In this document: positions 38,120-47,933 of the stretch, piece after piece
Numbering within the stretch: the first letter of the stretch is position 1
Layout: the number at the start of each line of letters is the position of its first letter
Assembly (NCBI GenBank): GCA_963713045.1
Contig: CAVQKE010000006.1
Span: forward strand, 1 to 64,000
Source of the DNA: an uncultured delta proteobacterium
Lineage (GTDB): Bacteria > Myxococcota > Myxococcia > Myxococcales > Myxococcaceae
Reading direction: 5' to 3'
DNA length: 64,000 nucleotides
Position numbers and translations under genes: made by a program
Notes under the pieces: generated by a model
Databases searched by the model: none
Seen by the model: the letters and a program-made list of their open reading frames with translations, nothing else
Told to the model about the DNA's origin: nothing

Positions 38120-38438
38120 GGTGGCCTGTGCAAGGTTAATCGGCCGTTCGGCTGCCGTCCTGTCCAACCTTTCGGTGGGTGCGAGGCCCACACCGGCAGG
38201 CTTCAGCGAGGAAAGGCGCCACTGCCGCCCGCGACCTCACACGCCCAAGGCTGAAAAAGGGCCCCACCCTGCCAGCCCACAGTCTGGCCACCCTTGGCCA
38301 GAAGCCTCTGGCGGCCGAGCACGGGCGCCGGGGGGGGCGGCTGCCTCCCCGGCGGGCAGCGGCGTGGTTGCTTTCCCAACGCCGGCTGGCTAGGCAGCCC
38401 AGCTTCGTTGCTGGTGGAAGAAGGGACGCGTCGAACCG

Positions 38439-39866
38439 ATGGCCGAGAAGCTGTTAGCGCGGGAGAAGGGCTTCTCCGAGTGGTACGTGGACCTGGTTCT
38501 CAAGGCCAAGCTGGCCGACTACTCGGACGTCAAGGGCTGCATGGTGATTCGTCCCAACGGCTACGCGCTGTGGGAAAACATGCAGCGGGTGCTGGACCGG
38601 ATGTTCCGGGAGACCGGCCACCGCAACGCCTACTTCCCGCTCCTCATCCCGGAAAGCTTCCTGCGCAAGGAAGCCGAGCACGTCGAAGGGTTCGCGCCCC
38701 AGCTGGCGGTGGTGACGCACGCCGGAGGCAAGAAGCTGGAGGAGCCCTACGTCATCCGGCCGACCTCGGAGACCATCATCAATTCGATGTTCGCCCGGTG
38801 GATTCACAGTTACCGCGACCTGCCGATGCTTCTCAACCAGTGGGCCAACGTCATCCGTTGGGAGATGCGCACCCGCCTCTTTCTGCGCACCAGCGAATTC
38901 CTCTGGCAGGAGGGACACACCTGCCACGAGACGGCGGAGGAGGCCGAGGCCGAAACGCTCAGGATGTTGGAGGTGTACCGCCGCTTCGCTGAGGACTACA
39001 TGGCGATGCCGGTGCTGGCGGGGCCTAAGTCAGAGTCCGAGAAATTCGCCGGGGCGGTGCGCACCTACTCCATCGAAGCGATGATGCAGGACAAGAAGGC
39101 GCTTCAGGCCGGTACCAGCCACAACCTCGGGCAGAATTTCTCCCGGGCATTCAACACTGCCTTCCAGGGCCGCGATGGGCAGCAGCACCACGTGTGGCAA
39201 ACCTCGTGGGGAGTCTCCACCCGTCTCATCGGCGCCCTCATCCTGACCCACTCCGACGACGCCGGGTTGGTGGTGCCGCCGAAGCTTGCCGCCACCCACG
39301 TCGCGTTGGTCGTCATCGGCAAAGGCGAAGAGCGCGGCCCGGTGGTGGAGCGGGCCCAGGCCCTGGCCGCGGACCTCCGGCGCGCAGGACTGTCCGTCCT
39401 CGTCGACGACGACGACGGCAAGAGCCCTGGCTTCAAGTACTACGAATACGAACTGACCGGCGCGTGCCTGCGGCTGGAGCTGGGGCCCAAGGACTTGGCC
39501 AAGGGCCAGGCGGTGCTGGTGCGGCGCGACGACCGGGCCAAGCTGACCGTCCCTCTCGACGCCGTGGTGGCCCAGGCACAGGCCATGCTTGAGGCCATGC
39601 AGAGCGCTCTTCTGAGGCGCGCCAAGGAATTCCGGGCCGCCCACACCTTCGAAGTGAATAGCCTGGAAGAGATGAAGGCCCGCGCTGACGACGGCTTCCT
39701 GTTGGCCCACTGGTGCGAGAACCCAGCGTGCGAGGCCCTGATGAAAGAGGAGACCGGAGGGGTGACAACCCGCAACCGGCCGTTTGACTTGGCGCAAGAG
39801 CCGGGCCGGTGCGCGGTGTGCGGCCAGCCTTCGCCCGGCCGGATGGTGTTTTCCAAGGCCTACTAG
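38439..39866 (+). CDS. proS: Prolyl-tRNA synthetase (archaeal/eukaryotic type)
   Basis: [56 protein letters not shown]-terminal FSKAY. Confidence 0.97.
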   Translation: MAEKLLAREKGFSEWYVDLVLKAKLADYSDVKGCMVIRPNGYALWENMQRVLDRMFRETGHRNAYFPLLIPESFLRKEAEHVEGFAPQLAVVTHAGGKKLEEPYVIRPTSETIINSMFARWIHSYRDLPMLLNQWANVIRWEMRTRLFLRTSEFLWQEGHTCHETAEEAEAETLRMLEVYRRFAEDYMAMPVLAGPKSESEKFAGAVRTYSIEAMMQDKKALQAGTSHNLGQNFSRAFNTAFQGRDGQQHHVWQTSWGVSTRLIGALILTHSDDAGLVVPPKLAATHVALVVIGKGEERGPVVERAQALAADLRRAGLSVLVDDDDGKSPGFKYYEYELTGACLRLELGPKDLAKGQAVLVRRDDRAKLTVPLDAVVAQAQAMLEAMQSALLRRAKEFRAAHTFEVNSLEEMKARADDGFLLAHWCENPACEALMKEETGGVTTRNRPFDLAQEPGRCAVCGQPSPGRMVFSKAY

Positions 39867-39955
39867 TCTGTTGGGCCGCCCGACAAACTAGCGGACGACG
39901 AGCGGCTGGTTCCCGAGGCGGGCGGCGGTGCGCAACCCGGGGGGGGGGGCGGCGG

Positions 39956-41473
39956 CTACCAAGGGCCGGTGTTGCGCAAAAGCACCACCTCGCCCCGGTG
40001 CCCTTTGGTGGCCGGGTAGTACAGCAGCATGTCGCTGCGGCCCTTCCGGTCGAGGTCCACCGACTCGAGCCGTCCCACCGCGCGCACCGGGATGCGCGCC
40101 GAGGCGTCGTCTGCAAACAGTGTCCCGTGCCCTCCCAAGAAGATGGAGAGTTCCTCGTCCCCAGTCCCGAAGGCCAAGTCGACGCGTTTGTCGCCGTTGT
40201 AGTCGCCGAACATGTCGATGGCCTGAATGTCGGCGACGCCGGACAGGTTGAGGGTGAAGCTGAGCTCGCGCTCGGCCGCGGGCGTCTCGGCGAAGCGCCG
40301 CTTGGCCGGCTCAAACGGGAAGACTTGGAAGTTGATGCTCAGCGTCCGGTTGAGGAGGATTTTGACGATGGCGAAGATGCCGATGTTGACCGAAGGCACC
40401 ACCAAGTCCGGCCGTCCGTCGCCGGTGACGTCAAACAACTCGACGTCCGTCCCGGTAGCGCCTTCCCCTTTGAGGACTTGGTCCGGTGCCTGGGCGTAGG
40501 GACCGCCCTTGCGGCCGAAGAAGACGTAGGTGGTGGTGGTGACCGAGGCCAGCCCGCGCGCCACCAGCTTGCGCACCACCAAGTCCGCAATGCCGTCCCC
40601 GTCCACGTCACTGACCGTGACCGAGGCCTGCGTCCCCGTCTCTTTCAATTCCTCGAGAGTGCGCACCGCAAAGTCACGCCGAAAGCTGGGCGCGTTGGAG
40701 AAGGTGAAGCCAGGGGACTGACGGTAGACAGCGATGCGGTCCTCCATCGTCGCCACCACGTCCATCAGCCCGTCGCCGTCCACGTCGGCCACGTAAAGGG
40801 AGGGAAAGGAAAAGGCCAGTCGGTAGTAGGGAACGCTGCCGGTGCGCGGTCGGTCCAAACGCCGCATTTGGTCGCCGGCACTGAAACCGGCTTGCACGTC
40901 CAGCGCCAGGTCAGCCACGCGGACGTAGTGCCCGTCGCCCTGGCGTTTGTAGAGGCCCAAGCTGCTGGGGCCGGGGACAAGCAGTTCCCTGCTGCCGGGC
41001 GCGCTGACGTCCTCCACGATGCGCAGCCGTGGCATTTGGCCCGGGGCCGGGCGGCTGAAGGCGGTGGGCTGCTCCACCAGCGTCACCGGCGCACCGGGCA
41101 GCTGGCCATGGAAGCTGAGCGAGAGGACACCGGTGGGAGTCAGCAACAACAACTCGTCCCCGGGCTGACCGTCGACATCGGCCACGTCAAACCCGAAGGC
41201 CTGCACGTCGTCCATGCTGAGCGCCAAGTCGGGCGCCGTCCCAAACACGCCATCGCGATTCCAGAAGACGGCCAGCGAGCGCTTGGTGCTGGGGCCTACG
41301 CCGCTGGTGTAGCCCACCAGGATGTCCAGCTTTCCGTCCCCATCCAAATCGGCGGCAGTGACGACCACGACGTCTCCCAGGACTTGCAGCTTCTTCATCT
41401 CGAAGCGCTGAGGCTCCGCCTGGGCGGAGAGAGCAGTCAGCAGTCCGTAGACGAATAGGGCGCGGCCTCTCAA
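39956..41473 (-). CDS. Exported FG-GAP/VCBS-repeat beta-propeller protein
   Basis: Seven DxDGDGxxD-type motifs; signal peptide; inferred TTG start overlapping the permease stop. Confidence 0.8.
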   Translation of the reverse strand: MRGRALFVYGLLTALSAQAEPQRFEMKKLQVLGDVVVVTAADLDGDGKLDILVGYTSGVGPSTKRSLAVFWNRDGVFGTAPDLALSMDDVQAFGFDVADVDGQPGDELLLLTPTGVLSLSFHGQLPGAPVTLVEQPTAFSRPAPGQMPRLRIVEDVSAPGSRELLVPGPSSLGLYKRQGDGHYVRVADLALDVQAGFSAGDQMRRLDRPRTGSVPYYRLAFSFPSLYVADVDGDGLMDVVATMEDRIAVYRQSPGFTFSNAPSFRRDFAVRTLEELKETGTQASVTVSDVDGDGIADLVVRKLVARGLASVTTTTYVFFGRKGGPYAQAPDQVLKGEGATGTDVELFDVTGDGRPDLVVPSVNIGIFAIVKILLNRTLSINFQVFPFEPAKRRFAETPAAERELSFTLNLSGVADIQAIDMFGDYNGDKRVDLAFGTGDEELSIFLGGHGTLFADDASARIPVRAVGRLESVDLDRKGRSDMLLYYPATKGHRGEVVLLRNTGPW

Positions 41474-42270
41474 GAGGAGATGTCCTTTCGCCCCAACAGC
41501 CACCCCCCGGCGGACAGCAGTCCCAAAAGCCACAGCGCAAACACCACCAGCGCCCGTGGCGCCACCTCCGTCGCATGCCGACTGGCCAGCCCTTGGGCCA
41601 GTTGCACCACCCGGTCCAGCCCGGCAGTGAGAAACGTCGTCGGCATCAGCCCTTCCAGCTTCGGCCAACGGCCGAAAGCCAGCAGGGCGGCGCCCAGCAG
41701 GGCCGTCGAGGCCACCGCAGGGGCGGGACGTCCCCAGGCCATGCCCAACAGCCCCCCCACGGCCACCGCCACCGTCAAGCCGAAGGCGGACGTGGCGACG
41801 GCCGCGGCCAGCTGGATGAGAAGCGTGCTTCGCGCCGCCAGCACGTAGTCCCCTTCGGTGGCGGCCAACAGCCCGAAGCGGGCCCACCCCACCACCAGGG
41901 CGCCAACACAGGCGGCAGCAAACGCCCAGGCCAAGGCGCTGCCCAGCGCACCCAGCCGCGCTGTCCACCAGGCGGTGCGGCCCACCGGACGGCAGAGTGC
42001 GGTGCGTGCCACCCCCGAGGCAAAGTCCGCACCGACGGCGCTGGCCGCCCACAGCGCACCCACTGCCGCCGCGGTGGTGGCCGCGCCGGCGGCGCCGGCG
42101 GCAGCCAGGTAGAAGCCATTCGGCGCACCAAACAGGCCGCGCTCGGCGGCAACGCCCAAGCTGAAGGCGTACGCCCCGGCCAGCACCGCCGCCAACGGCA
42201 GCAGCCAGGCGGAGCGCCGGGTGGCAAGCCGTAGCCACTCGGCGCGGTAGGCGCCCACCCAGCCCCTCAT
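41470..42270 (-). CDS. ABC-2 type exporter permease
   Basis: AEWLRL, GADFASGVARTALCRPVGR, about six TMs, RKDI end. Confidence 0.8.
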   Translation of the reverse strand: MRGWVGAYRAEWLRLATRRSAWLLPLAAVLAGAYAFSLGVAAERGLFGAPNGFYLAAAGAAGAATTAAAVGALWAASAVGADFASGVARTALCRPVGRTAWWTARLGALGSALAWAFAAACVGALVVGWARFGLLAATEGDYVLAARSTLLIQLAAAVATSAFGLTVAVAVGGLLGMAWGRPAPAVASTALLGAALLAFGRWPKLEGLMPTTFLTAGLDRVVQLAQGLASRHATEVAPRALVVFALWLLGLLSAGGWLLGRKDISS

Positions 42271-42983
42271 GCCCCACCGACGGGCGTGGTGACGGAGAAG
42301 AAGAGTTCCCGAAGCCTTCCAGCGTGGGCCGCATCCACCGGCTCCTCCGCCACCAGCCGTCCCTGCGCCATCACCAGCACCCGGCTGGCGGTTCGCTCCA
42401 CCTCATCCAGCAGGTGACTGGAGACCAGCAGCGCGGTCCCCTGGGAGGCAAGCTGTTGAAGCAGAGCGCTGATGTCCCGTACTCCGGGTGGGTCCAGCCC
42501 GTTGAGAGGCTCATCCAGCACCAACAAGGAAGGCCGGCCGAGAAGGGCGGCAGCGACGGCCAGCCGCTGCTTCATCCCCAGCGAAAGGGCCTGCACCGGC
42601 CGGGTGCCCACCGGCAACAGGCCCACCTGCGCCAGCGCGTCCCGTCGATGGGCCACGTCCAGCGCGCGGCCGCCCAACCAGCCCACCCAGGCCAGCGCCC
42701 CCAACGCTGTCAATTCACCCGGCAGCGCCGGGGCCTCAATCAGGAAGCCAGCCGTGCCCAGCGCTGCGGCCCGCGAGGCTTGCACGTCCTGTCCCGACAG
42801 GCGCACCGCCCCGGCATCCGGCCGCACCAGCCCAGCAATCAGGCGCAAGGTGGTGCTTTTGCCGGCGCCGTTGGGGCCAAGCAGCCCAACCACTTCGCCG
42901 GACTGCACTTGGAAGGAGATGGAGTCGACGGCCTGGACTGGCCCGTAGCGCTTCGCGAGGCGAACGACGTCGAGGGCAACCAC
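42267..42983 (-). CDS. ABC exporter ATPase
   Basis: GPNGAGKST, LSLGMKQRL, LDEPLNGLDP, SSHLL. Confidence 0.92.
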   Translation of the reverse strand: MVALDVVRLAKRYGPVQAVDSISFQVQSGEVVGLLGPNGAGKSTTLRLIAGLVRPDAGAVRLSGQDVQASRAAALGTAGFLIEAPALPGELTALGALAWVGWLGGRALDVAHRRDALAQVGLLPVGTRPVQALSLGMKQRLAVAAALLGRPSLLVLDEPLNGLDPPGVRDISALLQQLASQGTALLVSSHLLDEVERTASRVLVMAQGRLVAEEPVDAAHAGRLRELFFSVTTPVGGA

Positions 42984-43078
42984 CGGCCGGCCACCCTAAC
43001 CCGCGTCGTTGGGTGGCCTCTAGCCCTGGAGCACCGCAGAAGGCGGTGCTTAGCTTGCTTGCCAGGAGGACTTGGGGT

Positions 43079-43654
43079 TTGCGCCTCTTTCTCGCCGGGC
43101 CGCTACCGGAGGCACTGCAGGCGGAGCTGTTTTCTCTGTTGACGGCCGCTCGCCGCGCTGCCTCCCAGGCGCGCTGGCTGCCCCCCGGGCAGCTGCACGT
43201 GACGCTCGCTTTTCTCGGCGAGTTGGAGGGCGCTGTCGTCCCGGGCCTGGTGGAGGCCCTGGGGCCGCTGGCACTCCGCCACCGGCCGGTGCAGCTGTGG
43301 GTGCGCGGGGCCGGAAGCTTCGGCCGTCCGCGCCGCCCGGACGTGTTGTACGCCGGGCTGGTGGGGGACCTGGAGGGCTTGGGGGCGCTGCAGGCCGACA
43401 TCCAACAGACGCTTCGTCCGTGGGCCTCCCCGACAACGGAGGCCTTTCGCCCTCACCTCACCCTGGCCCGCGCGCGTGGCCGTCAGGGAGATGGGGCCCT
43501 CGGCCGCTGTGTGCGTTCACTGCGCGAGCAACTGTTTGGCCACTTCCCGTTGGACAAGCTGGTGCTTTTCCAGAGTCAGCTGGGTCCCGGGGGCGCGCGC
43601 CATCGCCCACTCGCAGGATTTGCGCTGGCCAACGCCGCGGTGGCCGAGCTGTAG
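43079..43654 (+). CDS. thpR: RNA 2',3'-cyclic phosphodiesterase (2H phosphoesterase)
   Basis: MRLFLA start after AGGAGG; LHVTLAFLG and FRPHLTLAR. Confidence 0.9.
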   Translation: MRLFLAGPLPEALQAELFSLLTAARRAASQARWLPPGQLHVTLAFLGELEGAVVPGLVEALGPLALRHRPVQLWVRGAGSFGRPRRPDVLYAGLVGDLEGLGALQADIQQTLRPWASPTTEAFRPHLTLARARGRQGDGALGRCVRSLREQLFGHFPLDKLVLFQSQLGPGGARHRPLAGFALANAAVAEL

Positions 43655-43703
43655 CGTTTCTTGCGTCTTCTTGCGGACAAATTCCCCGGGGGCCGATCCG
43701 CCC

Positions 43704-43731
43704 TTGACGCTCGAGACTTCCGCCTTAGGTT
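43704..43731 (+). promoter_or_regulatory. Putative promoter of hsp20
   Basis: TTGACG-16 nt-TAGGTT upstream of AGGAGG RBS. Confidence 0.35.
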
Positions 43732-43755
43732 TGTTGGCAGAAGGAGGAAGCACAC

Positions 43756-44202
43756 ATGGCAACATTGACCCGCTGGGAACCCATTCCGGGCATCTCCCGG
43801 CTGCAGAGTGATTTGAATCGCTTGTTTGAAGCATCCGTCGGTGCCAACCGTGGGACCGAGTCGTTCGGCTGGGCCCCGCCGGTGGATGTTTATGAGGACG
43901 CAGAAGGGTTGACCTTCAAGTTTGAGCTGCCCGAAGTCGACCCGAAGGAAGTGCAAGTTAACTTGGAGGATGGTGTGCTCACCGTGCGTGGCGAGCGAAA
44001 GCTCGAGCGCGAGGAGCAGAAGGACAACTACCACCGGATTGAGCGTTCCTACGGCACCTTCGCTCGAAGCTTCACGCTTCCGGCGACGTTTGACGCCAAC
44101 AAGGTGACGGCCGAAACCAAGAATGGGCTGCTTCGTATCTACGTGCCGAAGCGCGCCGAGGCCAAGCCGAAGAGCATCCAAGTCAAAGTCAGCGGCAACT
44201 AA
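43756..44202 (+). CDS. Hsp20 / alpha-crystallin small heat-shock protein
   Basis: WAPPVDVYE, ELP, LTVRGERK, HRIERSYGTFARSFTLP, NGLLRI..PK. Confidence 0.96.
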   Translation: MATLTRWEPIPGISRLQSDLNRLFEASVGANRGTESFGWAPPVDVYEDAEGLTFKFELPEVDPKEVQVNLEDGVLTVRGERKLEREEQKDNYHRIERSYGTFARSFTLPATFDANKVTAETKNGLLRIYVPKRAEAKPKSIQVKVSGN

Positions 44203-44267
44203 TTCCTCTTCCCGCAAAAAGGGAAGAGGTGAAGCGGCTTGAGCGAACCCCTCCAGGCGCTTCCCAT

Positions 44268-44320
44268 GGTGCGCTCGCCTTCCCCGGCGTGTCGGGGCGG
44301 CGGGCGCACCCTGTTTTTTT
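44268..44320 (+). terminator. Rho-independent terminator downstream of hsp20
   Basis: GGTGCGCTCGCC...GGCGGGCGCACC long stem followed by a T7 run. Confidence 0.7.
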
Positions 44321-45068
44321 ACTCTCCCAGGTAGGCGCGCCGAATTTCCGGGCTTGCCAACAGCTCTCGCCCTGGGCCCTCCATCGCCACCTCGCCGGTC
44401 TCCAGCACGTAGCCGTGGTCGGCGAGATTCAGTGCCAAATGGGCGTTCTGCTCCACCAGCAGAATGGACACGCCCCGCGCATTCACCTCGCGGAGGATGC
44501 GGAAAATGGTTTCCACCACCTGCGGCGCTAGGCCAAGGGAGGGCTCGTCCAACAGCAGCAGCTTGGGCCGGCTCATCAACGCCCGGCTGATGGCCAGCAT
44601 CTGCTGCTCGCCCCCCGACAGCGTGCCGCCCACCTGACGTTGGCGTTCTTTCAGTCTCGGAAACAGGCCAAAGACGTAGTCCAAGTCCTCGGCCATCTGG
44701 ACCCGGTCCTTCCGAAGGTAGCCGCCGAGGTCCAGGTTTTCCCCCACCGTCAGGTTGAGAAAGATTCCCCGTCCCTCCGGCGCGTGCGCCATTCCCCTTG
44801 GGACCAGCAGGTGGGACTTCATCCCCTGCACCGCTTCGCCCTCGAGCAGAATCCTCCCGCTTTTGGGCCGCAGCATTCCGGAGACCGCGCGGAGGGTGGT
44901 GGTTTTGCCCGCCCCGTTGGCCCCAATCAGGGCCACCACTTCACCCTTGGCTACCCGCAGTGAGATGCCTCGCAGCGCAACGATGGCCCCGTAGCTGACG
45001 TGCAGCGCCTCCACCTCGAGGATGCACTCTCGCGCCTGCCGCTCGACGGCGGGAAGCGTGGCCGTCAT
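44319..45068 (-). CDS. livF: Branched-chain amino acid ABC ATPase
   Basis: GANGAGKTT, PEGRGIF, LSGGEQQMLAI, DEPSLGLAP, VEQN. Confidence 0.95.
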   Translation of the reverse strand: MTATLPAVERQARECILEVEALHVSYGAIVALRGISLRVAKGEVVALIGANGAGKTTTLRAVSGMLRPKSGRILLEGEAVQGMKSHLLVPRGMAHAPEGRGIFLNLTVGENLDLGGYLRKDRVQMAEDLDYVFGLFPRLKERQRQVGGTLSGGEQQMLAISRALMSRPKLLLLDEPSLGLAPQVVETIFRILREVNARGVSILLVEQNAHLALNLADHGYVLETGEVAMEGPGRELLASPEIRRAYLGE

Positions 45069-45967
45069 GCCTCGGCCCCGGGGATGCTCAGCCCTTGGGC
45101 GGCGAGGTAGCTGTCGCCCAGGTAGGCCTCGATGACTTTGGGGTCGGTGCGGACGCGCTCCGGGCTTCCCTTGGCGATGGTTTCCCCATAGTCGAGCACC
45201 GTAATTTCCTCGCAGATGCCCATCACCAGCTTCATGTCATGTTCTATGACCAGGATGCCCAGGGCGAAGCGCGTGCGGAGCTCCCGAATCAGCACCATCA
45301 AGTCTGCCTTCTCGCGCGTATTCATCCCCGCCGCCGGCTCGTCCAACAGCAGCACCTTCGGCCCGGTGGCCAGCGCCCGCGCGATTTCCAGGCGCCGCTG
45401 CTCCCCGTACGGCAGGTTGCGTGCCTCCTCCCCCCGGCGGTGAAACAACCCCATCACATCCAACAGGGCGTCGGCTTTGACGGTGAGTGCCCGCTCCTCG
45501 CGTTGGAAGCCCGGGGTGAGCAGCATCGTCCGCCACCAGTCGGCGTAGTTGTTGACCGCCGCCATCGCCGCGGCCGCGCCGCTGCGCCTGGAGGAGCGCC
45601 GCTGGGCGGCCTCCACCCGGGCCCGACTGAAGACCGGATAGGCGTCGGACAAACACGCCACCCGGACGTTGTCCAGCGCAGTCAACGTCCGAAAGAGGCG
45701 GATGTTTTGGAAGGTGCGCGCCACGCCGAGGCGATTGATTTGGTGCGGCTTGAGCCCGTTGACGACTGCGCCGGCCACCCGGACCTCGCCCGCGGAGGGC
45801 AGGTAGACGCCGGTCAGGGCGTTGAAGGCCGTCGTCTTACCGGCCCCGTTGGGGCCGATGAGGCCCTGCAAGTCGCCCTGGTGGATGGCGAAGTGGAAGC
45901 CGGAGAGGGCCTTCAGCCCACCAAAGTGGATGGCCACCCCGTCGGCTTGAAGCAGTGGCGCACTCAC
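45065..45967 (-). CDS. livG: Branched-chain amino acid ABC ATPase
   Basis: FGGLKAL, GPNGAGKTT, ARTFQNIRLF, LPYGEQRRLEIARA, IEHDM, VIEAYLG. Confidence 0.93.
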   Translation of the reverse strand: MSAPLLQADGVAIHFGGLKALSGFHFAIHQGDLQGLIGPNGAGKTTAFNALTGVYLPSAGEVRVAGAVVNGLKPHQINRLGVARTFQNIRLFRTLTALDNVRVACLSDAYPVFSRARVEAAQRRSSRRSGAAAAMAAVNNYADWWRTMLLTPGFQREERALTVKADALLDVMGLFHRRGEEARNLPYGEQRRLEIARALATGPKVLLLDEPAAGMNTREKADLMVLIRELRTRFALGILVIEHDMKLVMGICEEITVLDYGETIAKGSPERVRTDPKVIEAYLGDSYLAAQGLSIPGAEA

Positions 45968-47004
45968 CCCTCGTCCCTCCAGCTGCGGCCCCACCAGCGA
46001 GGGAAGGCATCCCACAGCTCGCGGCTGCCGAAGAGGCCCTGGGGCCGTGCCAGCATCAGCACCACCAACAGCATGCCGTAGACTGGCATCCGAATCTGGT
46101 CCACCTTCTGGGCCAACGCGGCGCCCCCTTCCAGTCCGCCCACCTGCAGGAAGAGGGTGCGCAGCACTTCGGGAAGCAGCGTCAGGCCGACGGCGGCGAG
46201 GATGGAGCCGCTGATGCTTCCCAGGCCACCGGCCACCACCATCGTCACCACCTCGATGCTTTTCACGAAGGTGAAGGAACCGGGGTTGATGATGGGGACG
46301 AAGTGCGCGAACAGCGCGCCTGCCACCCCGGCGAAGAAGGAGGAGATGACGAAGGCCCGGACTTTGTAGGCGGTGGTGTCCACCCCCATCGCCTCGGCGG
46401 CCACCTCGTCCTCGCGGATGGCGAGCAGCGAGCGCCCGTGCGCGCTGTCCTGAATTCGGCGGGCCACCAGCACCACCACGAAGACGCAGCTCCAAATCAT
46501 CATGAAGCTGCTGGTCTGTGGAATGCCGGACAGCCCCAGCGCTCGCCCGAAGACTTCCAAGTTGGAGACGATGACTCGAATCATCTCCCCGAAGCCCAAG
46601 GTGACGATGGCCAGGTAGTCCCCGCGAAGCCGCAACGAGGGGAGGCCCACCAAGAAGCCGGCCACGCCGGCCGCCGCCCCGCCCACCGCCAGCGAAGCCA
46701 ACAGCTGCAGCTGGTCCGACAGCCCGTGCGGCACTCCGGCGATGGCCAGGTCCTTCATCTCCAGGGCCAGCTTTCCGCCGACGTAGGCCCCCACCGCCAT
46801 GAAGCCAGCGTGGCCGATGGAAAACTGGCCAGTCATGCCGTTGATGATGTTGAGCGACACCGCGAGGATGACGTTCACCCCGACGATGGACGACAGGTAG
46901 ACGAAAAAGGGCAGCTGGCCGAGGACGACTTGCAGCCCGCCAAGCACCGCCAGGGCGACCAACAATGGGAAGACGCCGCGCAGCGGTGCAGGCAGAAAGG
47001 CCAT
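45964..47004 (-). CDS. livM: Branched-chain amino acid ABC permease
   Basis: GQFSIGHAGF, LRLRGDYLAIVTLGFGE, AIREDEVAAEAMG. Confidence 0.93.
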   Translation of the reverse strand: MAFLPAPLRGVFPLLVALAVLGGLQVVLGQLPFFVYLSSIVGVNVILAVSLNIINGMTGQFSIGHAGFMAVGAYVGGKLALEMKDLAIAGVPHGLSDQLQLLASLAVGGAAAGVAGFLVGLPSLRLRGDYLAIVTLGFGEMIRVIVSNLEVFGRALGLSGIPQTSSFMMIWSCVFVVVLVARRIQDSAHGRSLLAIREDEVAAEAMGVDTTAYKVRAFVISSFFAGVAGALFAHFVPIINPGSFTFVKSIEVVTMVVAGGLGSISGSILAAVGLTLLPEVLRTLFLQVGGLEGGAALAQKVDQIRMPVYGMLLVVLMLARPQGLFGSRELWDAFPRWWGRSWRDEG

Positions 47005-47012
47005 CCGCGCGG

Positions 47013-47933
47013 TCAGACTTTCTCCGCGGTCACGGTGCCGAACAGCCCGGAGGGTCGCACCAACAGCACGATGATTAAAAAGCTGAAGGCCACCGCGTCC
47101 CGCCAGCTGCTGGAGGAGTAGCCGACCACAAACTCCTCCACCAGCCCCAGCAAAAGCCCGCCCACCACCGCCCCCGGGACGTTGCCGATGCCGCCGATGA
47201 CGGCCGCGACGAAGGCCTTCAGTCCGACGTAGAGGCCCATCAGCGGCTGGACGACGGTGTCTTTGATGGCGAACAGGATGCCCGCGCCAGCGGCCAGGGC
47301 GCTGCCCAGCATGAAGGTGAGCGCGATGACGCGGTCCACCGGGATGCCCATCAGCGCGGCGGTCCGGTGGTCGAAGGACACCGCCCGCATCGCCCGGCCG
47401 AAGCGGCTCCCGTACACCAGGACCTGCAGCGCCACCATCAGCAAAAGGGCGATGAACAGCGAGATGACTTGCCAGTTCCAGATGACGACGCTGCGGTCGC
47501 CAAAGACGACCCATTCGCGCGGAGGAATAATCTCCGGAAACGCCCGGGGGGCGGCGCCCGGAAGCGGCCCGAAGTCGAGCTGGAAGCCGTAGGAAAGGGT
47601 GAAGGAGATGCCGATGGCGGTGATGAGCGCGGTGAGCCGCGGCTTCTCCCGCAGCGGCCGGTAGGCAAACCTTTCGATGAAAAGACCCAGCAGCGCGCAG
47701 CCGGCCATCGCCACCAGGAAGATGGCGGCCACGCCGAGCAGCGAGGCCTGGGCTGGCCGGCCGAGCCCAACGGCGACGGCATAGGCGAAGTACGTCCCGA
47801 CCATCATCACATCGCCATGGGCGAAGTTAATCAGCTTCAGCACGCCGTAGACCATGGTGTAGCCGAGGGCCACCAAGGCGTAAATGGTGCCGGCGGCCAG
47901 CCCGTTGATGAGGTGCTGAACCAGGTCGCCCAT
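47013..47933 (-). CDS. livH: Branched-chain amino acid ABC permease
   Basis: YALVALGYTMVYGVLKLINFAHG, GRAMRA, GLKAFVAAVIGGIG. Confidence 0.95.
   Translation of the reverse strand: MGDLVQHLINGLAAGTIYALVALGYTMVYGVLKLINFAHGDVMMVGTYFAYAVAVGLGRPAQASLLGVAAIFLVAMAGCALLGLFIERFAYRPLREKPRLTALITAIGISFTLSYGFQLDFGPLPGAAPRAFPEIIPPREWVVFGDRSVVIWNWQVISLFIALLLMVALQVLVYGSRFGRAMRAVSFDHRTAALMGIPVDRVIALTFMLGSALAAGAGILFAIKDTVVQPLMGLYVGLKAFVAAVIGGIGNVPGAVVGGLLLGLVEEFVVGYSSSSWRDAVAFSFLIIVLLVRPSGLFGTVTAEKV

Noticed and set aside
38200..38438. T-box riboswitch upstream of proS
   Set aside because: No GGTGGNACCGCG T-box, no recognisable specifier stem and no terminator
43030..43050. AGCACCGC-agaag-GCGGTGCT palindrome as a CIRCE element
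   Set aside because: Spacer and half-sites do not fit TTAGCACTC-N9-GAGTGCTAA, and it precedes thpR, not hsp20; it could still be another operator
43079..43654. thpR plus HIT as an RNA-repair or anti-CBASS module
   Set aside because: The genes are 34 kb apart, both are ordinary housekeeping types, and no rtcB or defence genes are nearby
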